Positions 37,442 through 46,673 of a stretch of DNA of 64,000 bases are shown here, in pieces. This stretch comes from Thermoanaerobaculia bacterium. Lineage in GTDB: Bacteria > Acidobacteriota > Thermoanaerobaculia > Gp7-AA8. Location: NCBI GenBank assembly GCA_035569395.1, contig DATMNC010000088.1, positions 69,603 to 133,602 on the forward strand. Reading direction: 5' to 3'. The translations under genes and the position numbers were made by a program. Numbering within the stretch: the stretch's first letter is position 1; every line of letters starts with the position of its first letter. The notes below the pieces were generated by a model, which ran no database searches, had not been told where the DNA came from, and saw only the letters and a list, made by a program, of their open reading frames with translations.

Positions 37442-38053
37442 ATGCCTGCGTCGAATGAGCGAGATCGGGAGATGAAACACCTGGGCGATCAGGAGTTGAT
37501 GAGTATCGTTCAGGCCGGTGATTTCACTCCCGCGTCTGAGATTTACGATCGTTATTCGAGTCGAATCTACAACTTCGCGTACCGCTTCCTGAGAAACAGC
37601 GAGGCGGCTGAAGACGCGACGCAGGAAGTCTTCGTGAAGATGCTCAGACATGCAAACCAGTTTCATGGCGGAGCCAAACTGTCGACATGGCTTTTCTCCA
37701 TCACGGCCAACCATTGCCGTGATTACCTGAGGAAGTCCGAGAACAAGTCGAAGGAAGGCGAGGATGTACTGATCACTCTTCCGGCGCCGGCCGAGCTCTC
37801 ACCGGAGCGTCATCTGGAACGGCGCGAGGACGAAAAACGAATTCAAAAAGCGCTGGCGCTGCTCTCACACGACCAGCGCGAAGCGATTGTCCTTTCCCGC
37901 TACCAAGGGCTGTCGTACGCCGAGATCGCACAGATCGCCGGCTGCTCGGAGGGAGCGGTAAAGACAAGGGTGTTTCGCGCCATGGAAGTGCTCAAGAAAG
38001 CGCTCACCGGCGATTCCCGTGGAGGTGACCGATGTTTGACTGCGATGCCATGA
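37442..38053 (+). CDS. ECF-type RNA polymerase sigma factor
   Basis: Region 2 (ATQEVFVKMLR) and region 4 (LSYAEIAQIAGCSEGAVKTRVFRA). Start is 37442 or 37472. Confidence 0.8.
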   Translation: MPASNERDREMKHLGDQELMSIVQAGDFTPASEIYDRYSSRIYNFAYRFLRNSEAAEDATQEVFVKMLRHANQFHGGAKLSTWLFSITANHCRDYLRKSENKSKEGEDVLITLPAPAELSPERHLERREDEKRIQKALALLSHDQREAIVLSRYQGLSYAEIAQIAGCSEGAVKTRVFRAMEVLKKALTGDSRGGDRCLTAMP

Positions 38054-39045
38054 GAGAAAACATGCCGCTGCTGCTGACCGAGTCGCTCGACCCGGTGCAG
38101 CGCGAGCAAACGCATCAGCACATTGAAACGTGCCCGATCTGCGTCGCCGAATGGAACGCATACAAAGAGACCTGGCTGATTCTCGATACGCTGCCCGAGG
38201 TTGCGGTACCGCCGCGGGTGAAGCAGCGCTTCCTGGCCGAGGTTTCCCCGGCCATGGTGAAGACAAACGTCGTCCCGTTCCGGCGCGGCCGTACCGCGCG
38301 CTGGCTGGCGCAGGCCGCGGCCGTCGTGGTCGTAGGGAGCAGCGCCTTCTACGCCGGCCACCGCGTCGCACCACGCACGCAATTGATTCCGACGGAGGCC
38401 CAGGTGACGGCGATCCAGCCCGCCGCTCCGTACTACTCGATCGCCGAATCGCGCGTTCTTCCGGCCGCGTCGATCAGCCCGCAGATCGAAGGGCGGCCTG
38501 ACATCCAGAACGTGCAGTTCAGCGATGCTTCGCCGTTGAACCAGCAGATCGGCGTCTCCTTCGACATCACTTCACACGTGACGGTCACCGGGCGGCCGAC
38601 GGACAAGAGCATGGTCCGCTTGCTGCGCTACGTCCTCGAGAACGAAGATCGCGAATCGCCGTCCCGTTCCCGGGCCATCGACTGGGTCCGCGCCACCTAC
38701 GCGCACGTCGGCAATCCCGACCCCGAGATCACCGAGGCGCTGGCGAATGTCCTGCGCAACGATCAGCACCAGGGCGTGCGTATCAAGGCCGCCGATACGC
38801 TTCAATCGTTGCAGTCGACGATGACCGACGGTACGCGCGATGCGCTCGTCGAAGCACTGAAGAACGATCCCAATCCGGCCGTCCGCATCAAGGCGGTCGA
38901 GGCTCTGGCCAAGCTCGCCCGCAGCGGCGTGGCCCTTGATCCCGACATGGTCGACACGCTTCGCAGGAAAGCGTCGCAGAACGACGAAAACGTATACGTC
39001 CGCGTCAAGGCGGCGGAGGCACTGAGCAGCATTCAGCCTCGATGA
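38050..39045 (+). CDS. Zinc-finger anti-sigma factor with C-terminal HEAT/PBS-lyase-like repeats
   Basis: ATGA overlap with the sigma stop. HQHIETCPICVAEW ZAS-type motif, one TM helix, then repeated VRIKAADTL / AVRIKAVEAL / VYVRVKAAEAL. Confidence 0.6.
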   Translation: MRENMPLLLTESLDPVQREQTHQHIETCPICVAEWNAYKETWLILDTLPEVAVPPRVKQRFLAEVSPAMVKTNVVPFRRGRTARWLAQAAAVVVVGSSAFYAGHRVAPRTQLIPTEAQVTAIQPAAPYYSIAESRVLPAASISPQIEGRPDIQNVQFSDASPLNQQIGVSFDITSHVTVTGRPTDKSMVRLLRYVLENEDRESPSRSRAIDWVRATYAHVGNPDPEITEALANVLRNDQHQGVRIKAADTLQSLQSTMTDGTRDALVEALKNDPNPAVRIKAVEALAKLARSGVALDPDMVDTLRRKASQNDENVYVRVKAAEALSSIQPR

Positions 39046-39052
39046 GATCCCG

Positions 39053-40615
39053 ATGAGACCGATGCTTCGAATTTCACTCGCCGCCGTGGCGCTGCTCTCC
39101 GCGATGCAGCTCTTCGGCGCCAGCTTTGCCACGAGCACCCGTGTCGTGCGCGAGTTTCCAATCGATCCTGCTGGATCGGTATGGATCGACAACCCCTTCG
39201 GCAGCGTCGATGTGATCGGCGGAGAAGGGAACATGGTCTCCGTCACCGTCGATCGTGTGATCACGGCTCCTGACGCGACATCGATGAAAGAGGCATCGGA
39301 CAACATCGGGCTGAGCTTCGAAGGCGACCCGAAGGTCCGTCTCATGCGTACGCTGCTGCCGCCGGGGCGCAACGCGCGCTGGACCGTCGCGGTCAACTAC
39401 GTCGTCCGCATTCCTCGCAGCGTGAACGTCAAGATCGGCTCGAAACTGGCCGAGCATATCCGCGTAGCCCACGTCAACGGCAGCGTGACCGTCAACGGAT
39501 TCAGCGGAACGCTGATCATGGAGGGCGTCAACGGAGCCTCCGCGGTCAACATGGTCAACGGCCGCATCATTTACGACTACGCGCAGCAGCCTGTCTCCAA
39601 GGCACAAGTGCAGGCGGTGAATGCCGACATTGACATCTATCTGCCTCCCGCCTCGAACTTCTCCTGGGTGGCGAATACGCTCAACGGCGACATCCTGACG
39701 ACATTCAACGTTCGCCTGCCTCGTTTCTCCGGGACGATTTTCCACGGCGCGATTGGCAAGGGCGGTCCGACGATCAACACCGAGACGATGATGGGGCGCG
39801 TGCTTGTCCTGTCGAAGGGCTCGAATGCGAGTCAGGCTCAGTCGATGCGTCAGAACAGCGCGAATCACCAACCGGTGCCAAGCGACGTGATGCTGCAACC
39901 TAAACAGATTATTCAACTGCCCTACTTCATCGGGGACTTCACCTCGGTCGCATCCATAGCCGACGTTACGGTCGGTGAAGTCCGCGGCAACGCACGGATC
40001 GAGACCGGAGCCGGTGAGGTGGAGCTGGGAGCGGTGTTCGGTCAGTGCAATGTGACGTCGCTGGGCGGTCCCCTCAATCTCGGTGACATCATGGGTGCGC
40101 TCTTTGCGCACACCGGCGCCGGCGACATCATCGTACGAGCAGCACGGATGGGGGGGCAGGTGACGACTGATGGCGGCCTCATTCGCGTCATCGTCGCCGG
40201 CGGACCGATGACGCTGCGCTCCGGCGGCGGCGACATCATCGTCCGTCAGTTCGCTGCCGCGATGGACGCGGAGACCACCTCGGGCGACATCACGCTCACC
40301 GGCGATCCGCATCAGAGAACGCTGAAGGTCACTGCCCGTACGCTGCAGGGGAACATCATCCTGAACGTCAGTCCGCGCTTCGGGGCGGATATCGATGCCA
40401 CGATCCTGACGACTGATCCCGAGGTGAACGAGCTCACCACCGACTTCAACGGCCTGACGGTGCGCCGCGAGCAGGTCGGCAACAAGACGCGCATCCACGC
40501 CACCGGCAAGATCAACGGCGGCGGCGAGCGGGTCGAGCTCTACGCGGAAGAAGGCGACATCCAGATCTCATCGCAGAACATCACCCCGATCAAGTTGGCG
40601 ACGCCGAAGCAGTAG
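39053..40615 (+). CDS. DUF4097-family beta-helical (putative adhesin-like) protein
   Basis: Signal peptide, then repetitive GxITL/GDIxV beta-strand repeats (GDIIVRA, GDIIVRQ, GDITLTG, GNIILNV). Typically found downstream of ECF/anti-sigma pairs. Confidence 0.55.
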   Translation: MRPMLRISLAAVALLSAMQLFGASFATSTRVVREFPIDPAGSVWIDNPFGSVDVIGGEGNMVSVTVDRVITAPDATSMKEASDNIGLSFEGDPKVRLMRTLLPPGRNARWTVAVNYVVRIPRSVNVKIGSKLAEHIRVAHVNGSVTVNGFSGTLIMEGVNGASAVNMVNGRIIYDYAQQPVSKAQVQAVNADIDIYLPPASNFSWVANTLNGDILTTFNVRLPRFSGTIFHGAIGKGGPTINTETMMGRVLVLSKGSNASQAQSMRQNSANHQPVPSDVMLQPKQIIQLPYFIGDFTSVASIADVTVGEVRGNARIETGAGEVELGAVFGQCNVTSLGGPLNLGDIMGALFAHTGAGDIIVRAARMGGQVTTDGGLIRVIVAGGPMTLRSGGGDIIVRQFAAAMDAETTSGDITLTGDPHQRTLKVTARTLQGNIILNVSPRFGADIDATILTTDPEVNELTTDFNGLTVRREQVGNKTRIHATGKINGGGERVELYAEEGDIQISSQNITPIKLATPKQ

Positions 40616-40626
40616 GGGATACGGAC

Positions 40627-42483
40627 CTACGCCTTGTTCGCTGTACGCCGCCGTTTCGCATGCAGTCTGTCGATGAGCTTGGTCGTCGATCGGATCTGCT
40701 CGAGGATCTTCTCTTCCAGGCCGGCGCCCTTACCCTTGAAGCTCTTCGCTTTGCGGAAGACGACGCGGGCGCGTTCTTTCTGACCGCTTTCGAGAAGAGC
40801 CATGCCGAGGTGCATGAGGTTCGTGGCGGTCGGTCCGAGATCGGCTGACTTCGTGAGGAAATCGACGGCGTTGCCGAACTCGCGGCGCTTGAAATACACC
40901 CAACCGAGGGCTGCGAGAGGAAACTGCTTCAGCTCCTTCGGCGAATAGCGGAGCGCAAGCTGCGCCGATTCGAGGGCCTCATCAAGGTTCTCTTCCATCT
41001 CGGCGAGGTTGTACGCCTTCTCGTAATAGGCGATGGACTTAGCGTAGTTCGAGGTGTAGTCGTGCAACATCTCTTCGAGCGCGCGGTTGGCGTCTTTGAA
41101 GTTCCCCTCGGCGCGAAGCGCTTCGACGAGCGTCGTGTACGCGGCGGCTGCGACGACGTCGGTCGGCCGCTGCCGCAGCACGCGGCGAGCCGCGGCGATC
41201 GCTTCCGTGTTCATGTCGAGGTGCGAACAGAGCAGCGCGTACGGCATCAGGATACTGATGTTCTCCGGATCGACGGCCGAGGCACGCCGATAGTGATCGA
41301 GCGCCTCGATGTAGTTGCCGCTCGTCGCCAGGCTCTCGGCGTGCTTGAACTCCTCGGCGGCCGGACCTTCCAGCGGGATGTGGCCGGAGATCCCTTCATA
41401 GATCTTCACCGCCTGCTGGTACTCGATCTTGTTGGGATTGAGCTCCAGCGCTTCCTGGAAACAGTCGATCGCTTTGCGGTTCCAGTTACGGTCGAGGTAG
41501 CAGAGCCCGAGGTGGTAGATCGCTTCCTCATATTCCGGATCGAGTTTCAGCGCGGACTGGAACGCTTTGATGGCGCGCTCGAGCTGGCCCTTGTCGTAGA
41601 AGATCGTGCCGAGCAGGTAGTACGCCTGCGGCAACTGTTCGATCTGGATGGCCTTCTCCAGAAACTTCTGCGCGCGCAGCAGCTTTCCCTTGCGCGCATA
41701 GATCGCGCCGAGGGAGAAGTACGGCAGGAACGACTCCTGCGAAATCTGGATGGCGCGGCGGAGCCAGCGCTCGGCGCCTTTGAGATCCTGCCGTTCATGC
41801 AGCAACACGCCGTAGAAGACCGCGGCGTCGAAATGATCGGGCTGCACCTCGAGCGTGCGTTCGAGATAGTGCTTGGCGCGATCGAGATTGCCGTCGTTGA
41901 AGAACATCTCGCCGAGGAAGAAGGAGAGCTCGTAGTTGTCGCGGTCGAGCTTGAAGGCTTCTTCGAGCGCCTTGATGCCGCGATCAGGATCGAATGCATC
42001 GATGGCCGATTCGGCCTCGGAAAGGAGCTGCAGGAATCGCTCCCGCCGCTCCCCGCGGAAGAGCGACATGATCCGGTCTTTGCGCTCGGTGAAGCGCTGT
42101 TTCTTTTCGAGCGCGAGCATCTGCTCGCCCATCTTCGATTCCCAGAGCTCGACCAGCTCGTCGGAGGAAACGACGTTCTTCCGTTCAAGAAGCTCTTTCA
42201 CGGAAAGGAGACCGGTCTGGTTGATGAAGATCGCCCGCTCGTGTTTCTGCACGGCATCGACGACGCTGCGAATCGCCTCGGCGCTGCGCTTGACGATCTC
42301 CTCGAGGCCGGAGACACGCTCGAGCAGATGTTCGTCGAGCGATACGTCGCCTTCCTCGTCGTACTCTTCGACCTCGTCCTCTTCGAACGAGCTCACTCCC
42401 GAGAGGACGAGAAGCTTCGCCTGGCAGCGGAAGCAATACTCGCGCTCGTCATCATTCAACGCACTGCAGGTCTGGCAAAGCAT
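40627..42483 (-). CDS. TPR-repeat protein with N-terminal zinc-ribbon (CxxC...CxxC)
   Basis: MLCQTCSALNDDEREYCFRCQ, then a coiled coil and many TPR units (AYYLLGTIFYDKGQLERAIKAFQSALKLDP and similar). Confidence 0.7.
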   Translation of the reverse strand: MLCQTCSALNDDEREYCFRCQAKLLVLSGVSSFEEDEVEEYDEEGDVSLDEHLLERVSGLEEIVKRSAEAIRSVVDAVQKHERAIFINQTGLLSVKELLERKNVVSSDELVELWESKMGEQMLALEKKQRFTERKDRIMSLFRGERRERFLQLLSEAESAIDAFDPDRGIKALEEAFKLDRDNYELSFFLGEMFFNDGNLDRAKHYLERTLEVQPDHFDAAVFYGVLLHERQDLKGAERWLRRAIQISQESFLPYFSLGAIYARKGKLLRAQKFLEKAIQIEQLPQAYYLLGTIFYDKGQLERAIKAFQSALKLDPEYEEAIYHLGLCYLDRNWNRKAIDCFQEALELNPNKIEYQQAVKIYEGISGHIPLEGPAAEEFKHAESLATSGNYIEALDHYRRASAVDPENISILMPYALLCSHLDMNTEAIAAARRVLRQRPTDVVAAAAYTTLVEALRAEGNFKDANRALEEMLHDYTSNYAKSIAYYEKAYNLAEMEENLDEALESAQLALRYSPKELKQFPLAALGWVYFKRREFGNAVDFLTKSADLGPTATNLMHLGMALLESGQKERARVVFRKAKSFKGKGAGLEEKILEQIRSTTKLIDRLHAKRRRTANKA

Positions 42484-42531
42484 GTGTGGCCGATTAGAAC
42501 ACCACGGACGCCCTGCGTCATCCCCGAGATT

Positions 42532-43383
42532 TCAGGGCTTCCTATAGTCGTAAAACCCGCGTTCGCTCTTGCGGCCAAGCCATCCGGCATCGACCATCTT
42601 CACGAGGAGCGGACACGGACGGTATTTCGGATCGCCGAATCCTTCTTCGAGCACCCGAAGAATGGCCAGACAAACATCAAGTCCGATGAAGTCGGCGAGC
42701 GTGAGTGGTCCCATCGGATGGTTCATGCCGAGCTTCATCACGCTGTCGATCGACTCCGGCGTGGCCACACCCTCGAACAGCGCGAAGATCGCTTCGTTGA
42801 TCATCGGCATCAACACGCGGTTGGAGATGAATCCGGGGTAGTCGTTGACCTCGATGGCCGTCTTCCCCATCCGCGCCGACAGCGCCGCGACGCGCGCATA
42901 GGTCTCGTCGCTGGTGGCAATGCCCCGGATGACTTCGACGAGCGTCATGACCGGCACGGGATTCATGAAGTGCATGCCGATCACTTTGTCGGGACGCCTG
43001 GTCGCCGCAGCGATTTTCGTGATGGAGATCGACGACGTGTTCGAGGCGAGGATGCAATCGGAGCCGGTCAGCGAGTCGAGCTTCGCGAAGAGCTGCGTCT
43101 TGGCGGCGAGATTCTCGACGATGGCCTCGATCACGATATCGGCCTTTGCCGCGGCAGAGACGTCACTGGTCGGGCGGATCCGCCCGAGAACCTGCTGTTT
43201 GTCCTGCGCGGTCATCTTCCCTTTGTCGACGCCGCGCTGCAGGTTCTTCGCAATCGTCGACATGCCGCGCTCGAGGAACGCTTCGGCGACGTCGATGAGG
43301 GTGACGTCGAAGCCGGACGCCGCCGCGGTGTGGGCGATCCCGTTGCCCATGGTGCCGGCGCCGATTACGACGATCTGTTTCAT
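42532..43383 (-). CDS. hbd: 3-hydroxybutyryl-CoA / 3-hydroxyacyl-CoA dehydrogenase
   Basis: [17 protein letters not shown] Rossmann start and the HFMNPVPVM motif. Confidence 0.85.
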   Translation of the reverse strand: MKQIVVIGAGTMGNGIAHTAAASGFDVTLIDVAEAFLERGMSTIAKNLQRGVDKGKMTAQDKQQVLGRIRPTSDVSAAAKADIVIEAIVENLAAKTQLFAKLDSLTGSDCILASNTSSISITKIAAATRRPDKVIGMHFMNPVPVMTLVEVIRGIATSDETYARVAALSARMGKTAIEVNDYPGFISNRVLMPMINEAIFALFEGVATPESIDSVMKLGMNHPMGPLTLADFIGLDVCLAILRVLEEGFGDPKYRPCPLLVKMVDAGWLGRKSERGFYDYRKP

Positions 43384-43458
43384 GGGGACCCCTCCAGACG
43401 GCGGCGAAGCCTATCACGTTGCAGCAGCACGAGAAGCGGGCGTAAGATCGTCCGTCCA

Positions 43459-44706
43459 ATGGCCTCCAAGTGCTTCATGTGCGGTGTGGCGATCAACCGG
43501 GGAATCCTCTGCGAGAAGTGCGACAAGCCGAGAAAACCGAAGGTAGAGGCGAAAGCAACCGACGCTCCACCACCCACGGCGCCTCCGGCTCCGCCGGCAC
43601 TCCCTCCTCCAAAATCAGTTGGCGAGAGCACCGCCACACGGCGTTCCGCCGGCCCGGCCACCGCGGCCGCCACCGCGCCCACCCCGGAACCGGAACCGTT
43701 CCCCAAGGCACCGTTGCTGGCATTTCCGGTCGAGTCGGCCTCACCTGCCATCACCAGCGTCGCCAACGTGATCATGGCCGCCGGCGCCCCGGCGATCGTG
43801 CTCGGTACTGACCGCACCGTGAAATTCATCACCGAGGAGGCGAAAAAACTCTTCGGCGTTCCCCAGGCCGACCTCGCCTCGGTCAGACAGATCGAAGCGC
43901 TGAGCGGCGCACGCATCGGCGAGCTTTCGGTTCCGACCTCCACCGCGTTGCGCATCCGCAATCGCAACATTCTCTTCACACTCGTCCCGATCTCGGGCGG
44001 TGCGATGGGAGCGGTGCTGATGTTCCGTGAAGCCGACACGATGAATCCGTCCCACGCCTCGTTCGTGGCATTCGTGAAGGAAACGGTCTTCACGCCGCTG
44101 CGATCGCTGCGCGAGTCGGTGCTGGCATCGTCGCGCACGCGCCAGCGCGATCCGCTGCTCGAAGACTGGGCGGCAACGATCGACCAGATTCTCTCGTCGC
44201 TGGAGATGGCCCCCGAGGTGGAAGAGCCGGCGCCCGCGGCAAGGACTCCGAGAGTCGTCGACCTCCTTCACTCGGTGGCCAACCGCTTCGGTCCGTTTGC
44301 GGACTTGAAGAGCATCCATCTGCAGATCGATGTGCCGGAGCTGGACGAGCGGTTCCGTAACCACGAGCAGCTCACCGATGCCCTCGGCGTGCTGATGGAC
44401 AACTCTCTCCACTACGTTCCGCCCGGCGGTCAGGTGGTCATCGGCGTCCGCTGGATGGAGCACAAGGGCAAGCCGCTGCTGCTTTTCTTCGTGATGGACA
44501 ATGGTCCAGTCGTACCCGAGCCGCTCCGTCAGGCCATCTTCGAGCCGGGCTTCGCTTGGAATCCGCAGGCACCCGAACGCACCGGACGGAGCCTGTTCAA
44601 AGTCCGCGAGTTCGCCGCCGCGCACGCCGGTTCGGTTTGGGTGGAATCGAAGACGGGGAAGGCGTGCACGTTCTTCTTGCGGGTAAGGCCCGACGGCGCG
44701 CGGTAA
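43459..44706 (+). CDS. Zinc-ribbon plus GHKL (HATPase_c) sensor-kinase-like protein with a degenerate His box
   Basis: MASKCFMCGV...LCEKCDK zinc ribbon and a Pro/Ala-rich linker. H-box-like VKETVFTPLRSL has Glu where the phosphoacceptor His should be. N-box LMDNSLHY, G1 VMDNGPVVPEP, G2 GRSLFKVREF. Confidence 0.55.
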   Translation: MASKCFMCGVAINRGILCEKCDKPRKPKVEAKATDAPPPTAPPAPPALPPPKSVGESTATRRSAGPATAAATAPTPEPEPFPKAPLLAFPVESASPAITSVANVIMAAGAPAIVLGTDRTVKFITEEAKKLFGVPQADLASVRQIEALSGARIGELSVPTSTALRIRNRNILFTLVPISGGAMGAVLMFREADTMNPSHASFVAFVKETVFTPLRSLRESVLASSRTRQRDPLLEDWAATIDQILSSLEMAPEVEEPAPAARTPRVVDLLHSVANRFGPFADLKSIHLQIDVPELDERFRNHEQLTDALGVLMDNSLHYVPPGGQVVIGVRWMEHKGKPLLLFFVMDNGPVVPEPLRQAIFEPGFAWNPQAPERTGRSLFKVREFAAAHAGSVWVESKTGKACTFFLRVRPDGAR

Positions 44707-44722
44707 GCTGCGTTGTCGCCCG

Positions 44723-45109
44723 CTACGGACGCGGCGTTGATCCGCGGTCGCGGTGCCTCGCTCCGATGCGCATCCGAAGCGCCTCGAACTTCGTGCGCTG
44801 CTCCGCGGTGAGGATGCTCTCGATCTCCTTGTTCGTGGCGTCTATCTCCTGGCGCACCTGTGGGCGGACGCTGCTCATGGCGGCATCGATCTTCGCGCGG
44901 TGGCGTTCGATGATCTGCTGCACCTGGCTCTTCTGCTGTGGCGAGAGTTGTAGCTCGCGGCCAAGGTTGTCGGCCATCCTATCGGCGGCAAAGCGCCCGT
45001 CCCGGCGGGGAAAGAGCCGGCCGTTGCGAATCAGGTAGAGATGATCACCGGCCACCCCGACGAGGATTCCGGCGACAAACGCGACGACGACGACCACGAC
45101 GGCCGCCAT
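44723..45109 (-). CDS. Spy/CpxP/ZraP-family periplasmic LTXXQ protein
   Basis: TM/signal segment AAVVVVVVAFVAG; LSPQQKSQVQQI and LTAEQRTKFEAL LTXXQ motifs. Confidence 0.55.
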   Translation of the reverse strand: MAAVVVVVVAFVAGILVGVAGDHLYLIRNGRLFPRRDGRFAADRMADNLGRELQLSPQQKSQVQQIIERHRAKIDAAMSSVRPQVRQEIDATNKEIESILTAEQRTKFEALRMRIGARHRDRGSTPRP

Positions 45110-45116
45110 GCGGGTG

Positions 45117-45440
45117 TTACTCGACACTGAATGTGTCCCCTCCGACCGAGATATCGACTGTCTGAGTGCTCGAGAGCGCATCGAGCGACGTGACCGGTAC
45201 GTCGCGGGATTGTTCGAGCCACTGTACGCCCAACGCTGCCACGAGGGCGAGGGTTGCCAGGGAGACGACTACAGGACGAAACCAGCGCGCCAGGACCTGG
45301 GCGATACCGGCCTGCGACTCCGCCGCGATCCGCTCGCGGACGCGGGCGGCGATGCGGGTGGCCATCATCTCGTCGGGCTCGAAGCGAAGTTGCCGTGCTT
45401 CGGGGCGAAGACGTTCCAGAAAGTCGTCGTTCTCAATCAT
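45117..45440 (-). CDS. Putative anti-sigma factor (small single-pass membrane protein)
   Basis: Overlaps the 3' end of the ECF sigma gene by 8 bp; single TM helix VVVSLATLALVAALGV. Confidence 0.45.
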   Translation of the reverse strand: MIENDDFLERLRPEARQLRFEPDEMMATRIAARVRERIAAESQAGIAQVLARWFRPVVVSLATLALVAALGVQWLEQSRDVPVTSLDALSSTQTVDISVGGDTFSVE

Positions 45441-46092
45441 TGCTGCCCCCGTGAAGGTCTGCCAGTTTTTCCTTCAGTTTTCCACGAGCGAGCGACAGAT
45501 GCGAGCGCACCGTCCCCTCGCTCAATCCCGTCATCACTGCAATCTCAGAGTGTCCGAATTCGTCGACCAGATACAAGCGTGCCACGATTCGCTGCATCTC
45601 AGGAAGCGATTGGATGCCTCGGTCGATCCGTTGGGCCAGCTCGTTCGCGATGGCCGGCAGGTCGGCCCGGTCGCGCCGCGCCGCCGGAGCGGCATCAGTA
45701 ATCTCCTCGTGCCGGAACCGTTTGCGATGTTTCATGACGTCGAGCGCCAGATTCGTCACGATACGGTAGATCCACGGTCCGAACGGCTCCCCGGTCTTGA
45801 ACCGCCCTACGTTCTCGAAGGCTTTGACGAACGCCTCCTGAGCCAGATCTTCGGCATCGGCGGCATTGCGAACCACTCCCCAGGCGATCGAGATGACCCG
45901 CTTGATGTACTTCGAAACCAGGTAGTCGTAGGACGAGGCATCACCGCTTTTGACGGCGGCGATGGCACGCGCTTCGATCGGGTCTTCGTTTATTGCGCTT
46001 CTCGTCTGCGCCCTCTTTGGTGAGAAAACCAGACGATCGAGCGCGAGGGAGCCGGTAGCGGATCCCTCGAACATCGACGTGGCGTCCATCAT
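45433..46092 (-). CDS. ECF-type RNA polymerase sigma factor
   Basis: Region 2 (AEDLAQEAFVKAF) and region 4 (GHSEIAVMTGLSEGTVRSHLSLARGKLK). Confidence 0.8.
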   Translation of the reverse strand: MMDATSMFEGSATGSLALDRLVFSPKRAQTRSAINEDPIEARAIAAVKSGDASSYDYLVSKYIKRVISIAWGVVRNAADAEDLAQEAFVKAFENVGRFKTGEPFGPWIYRIVTNLALDVMKHRKRFRHEEITDAAPAARRDRADLPAIANELAQRIDRGIQSLPEMQRIVARLYLVDEFGHSEIAVMTGLSEGTVRSHLSLARGKLKEKLADLHGGSND

Positions 46093-46096
46093 CTTC

Positions 46097-46579
46097 CTAC
46101 TTGTCGGCGCGCTTGGCCATCCGCTGTTGCAGGAAGTTTGACGCCTTGGATCGCTGTTCAGGCGTCAGCACGCTGAGGGCCTTCGACGCAGCCGTGAGCG
46201 CGTTCGCCTTGATCTGCCGCTCCGCGTCCGTTTGCTTGTCGAGCAGGGCCTGGGCCGCGGCCACGTCGTTCGGATTGGCAAGCAGCGCCTGCGCGATGGC
46301 CTGCCGCCCGTCACGAAGTGAGGCGCGATACGGCGCATTCAGCGCGCGCAGGTCGGTGAAGATCTTCTTGAGGTCGGCAGCCTGCTGGTCGGAAAGGCCG
46401 AGGGCGGCTTTGGCGCCGCGCAAATGACCGAACATCATCATGTCGCTTCCACCGCCGTGCATGCAGCCGCCCGCAAAGCCCGCGCCGCGCATGTGCATGT
46501 GCTGCGCAACCGCAAACGGAACGGCGAGCACGACGATGAGAATAGCCGCCGCCGAAAAAATGAGTGTGCGCTTCTTCAT
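46097..46579 (-). CDS. Spy/CpxP-family periplasmic LTXXQ protein (paralog)
   Basis: Signal peptide MKKRTLIFSAAAILIVVLAVPFAVAQ, Met/His-rich segment HMHMRGAGFAGGCMHGGGSDMMMFGH, then LSDQQAADLKKI and LTPEQRSKASNF. Confidence 0.55.
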   Translation of the reverse strand: MKKRTLIFSAAAILIVVLAVPFAVAQHMHMRGAGFAGGCMHGGGSDMMMFGHLRGAKAALGLSDQQAADLKKIFTDLRALNAPYRASLRDGRQAIAQALLANPNDVAAAQALLDKQTDAERQIKANALTAASKALSVLTPEQRSKASNFLQQRMAKRADK

Positions 46580-46673
46580 GGGGTCTCCCTTGTTTGTGTT
46601 GCTGTTGACGAAGAGGTTACGACGATACGGAGGGAACGTTGAACATATAATCAGGGTAACTCGATCCGCTCCT

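Noticed and set aside
41062-44706. 1214-aa plus-strand ORF
   Set aside because: The first about 800 aa are antisense to the TPR protein and hbd. Only the last 415 aa, from the ATG at 43459, form a credible gene (zinc ribbon plus GHKL ATPase).
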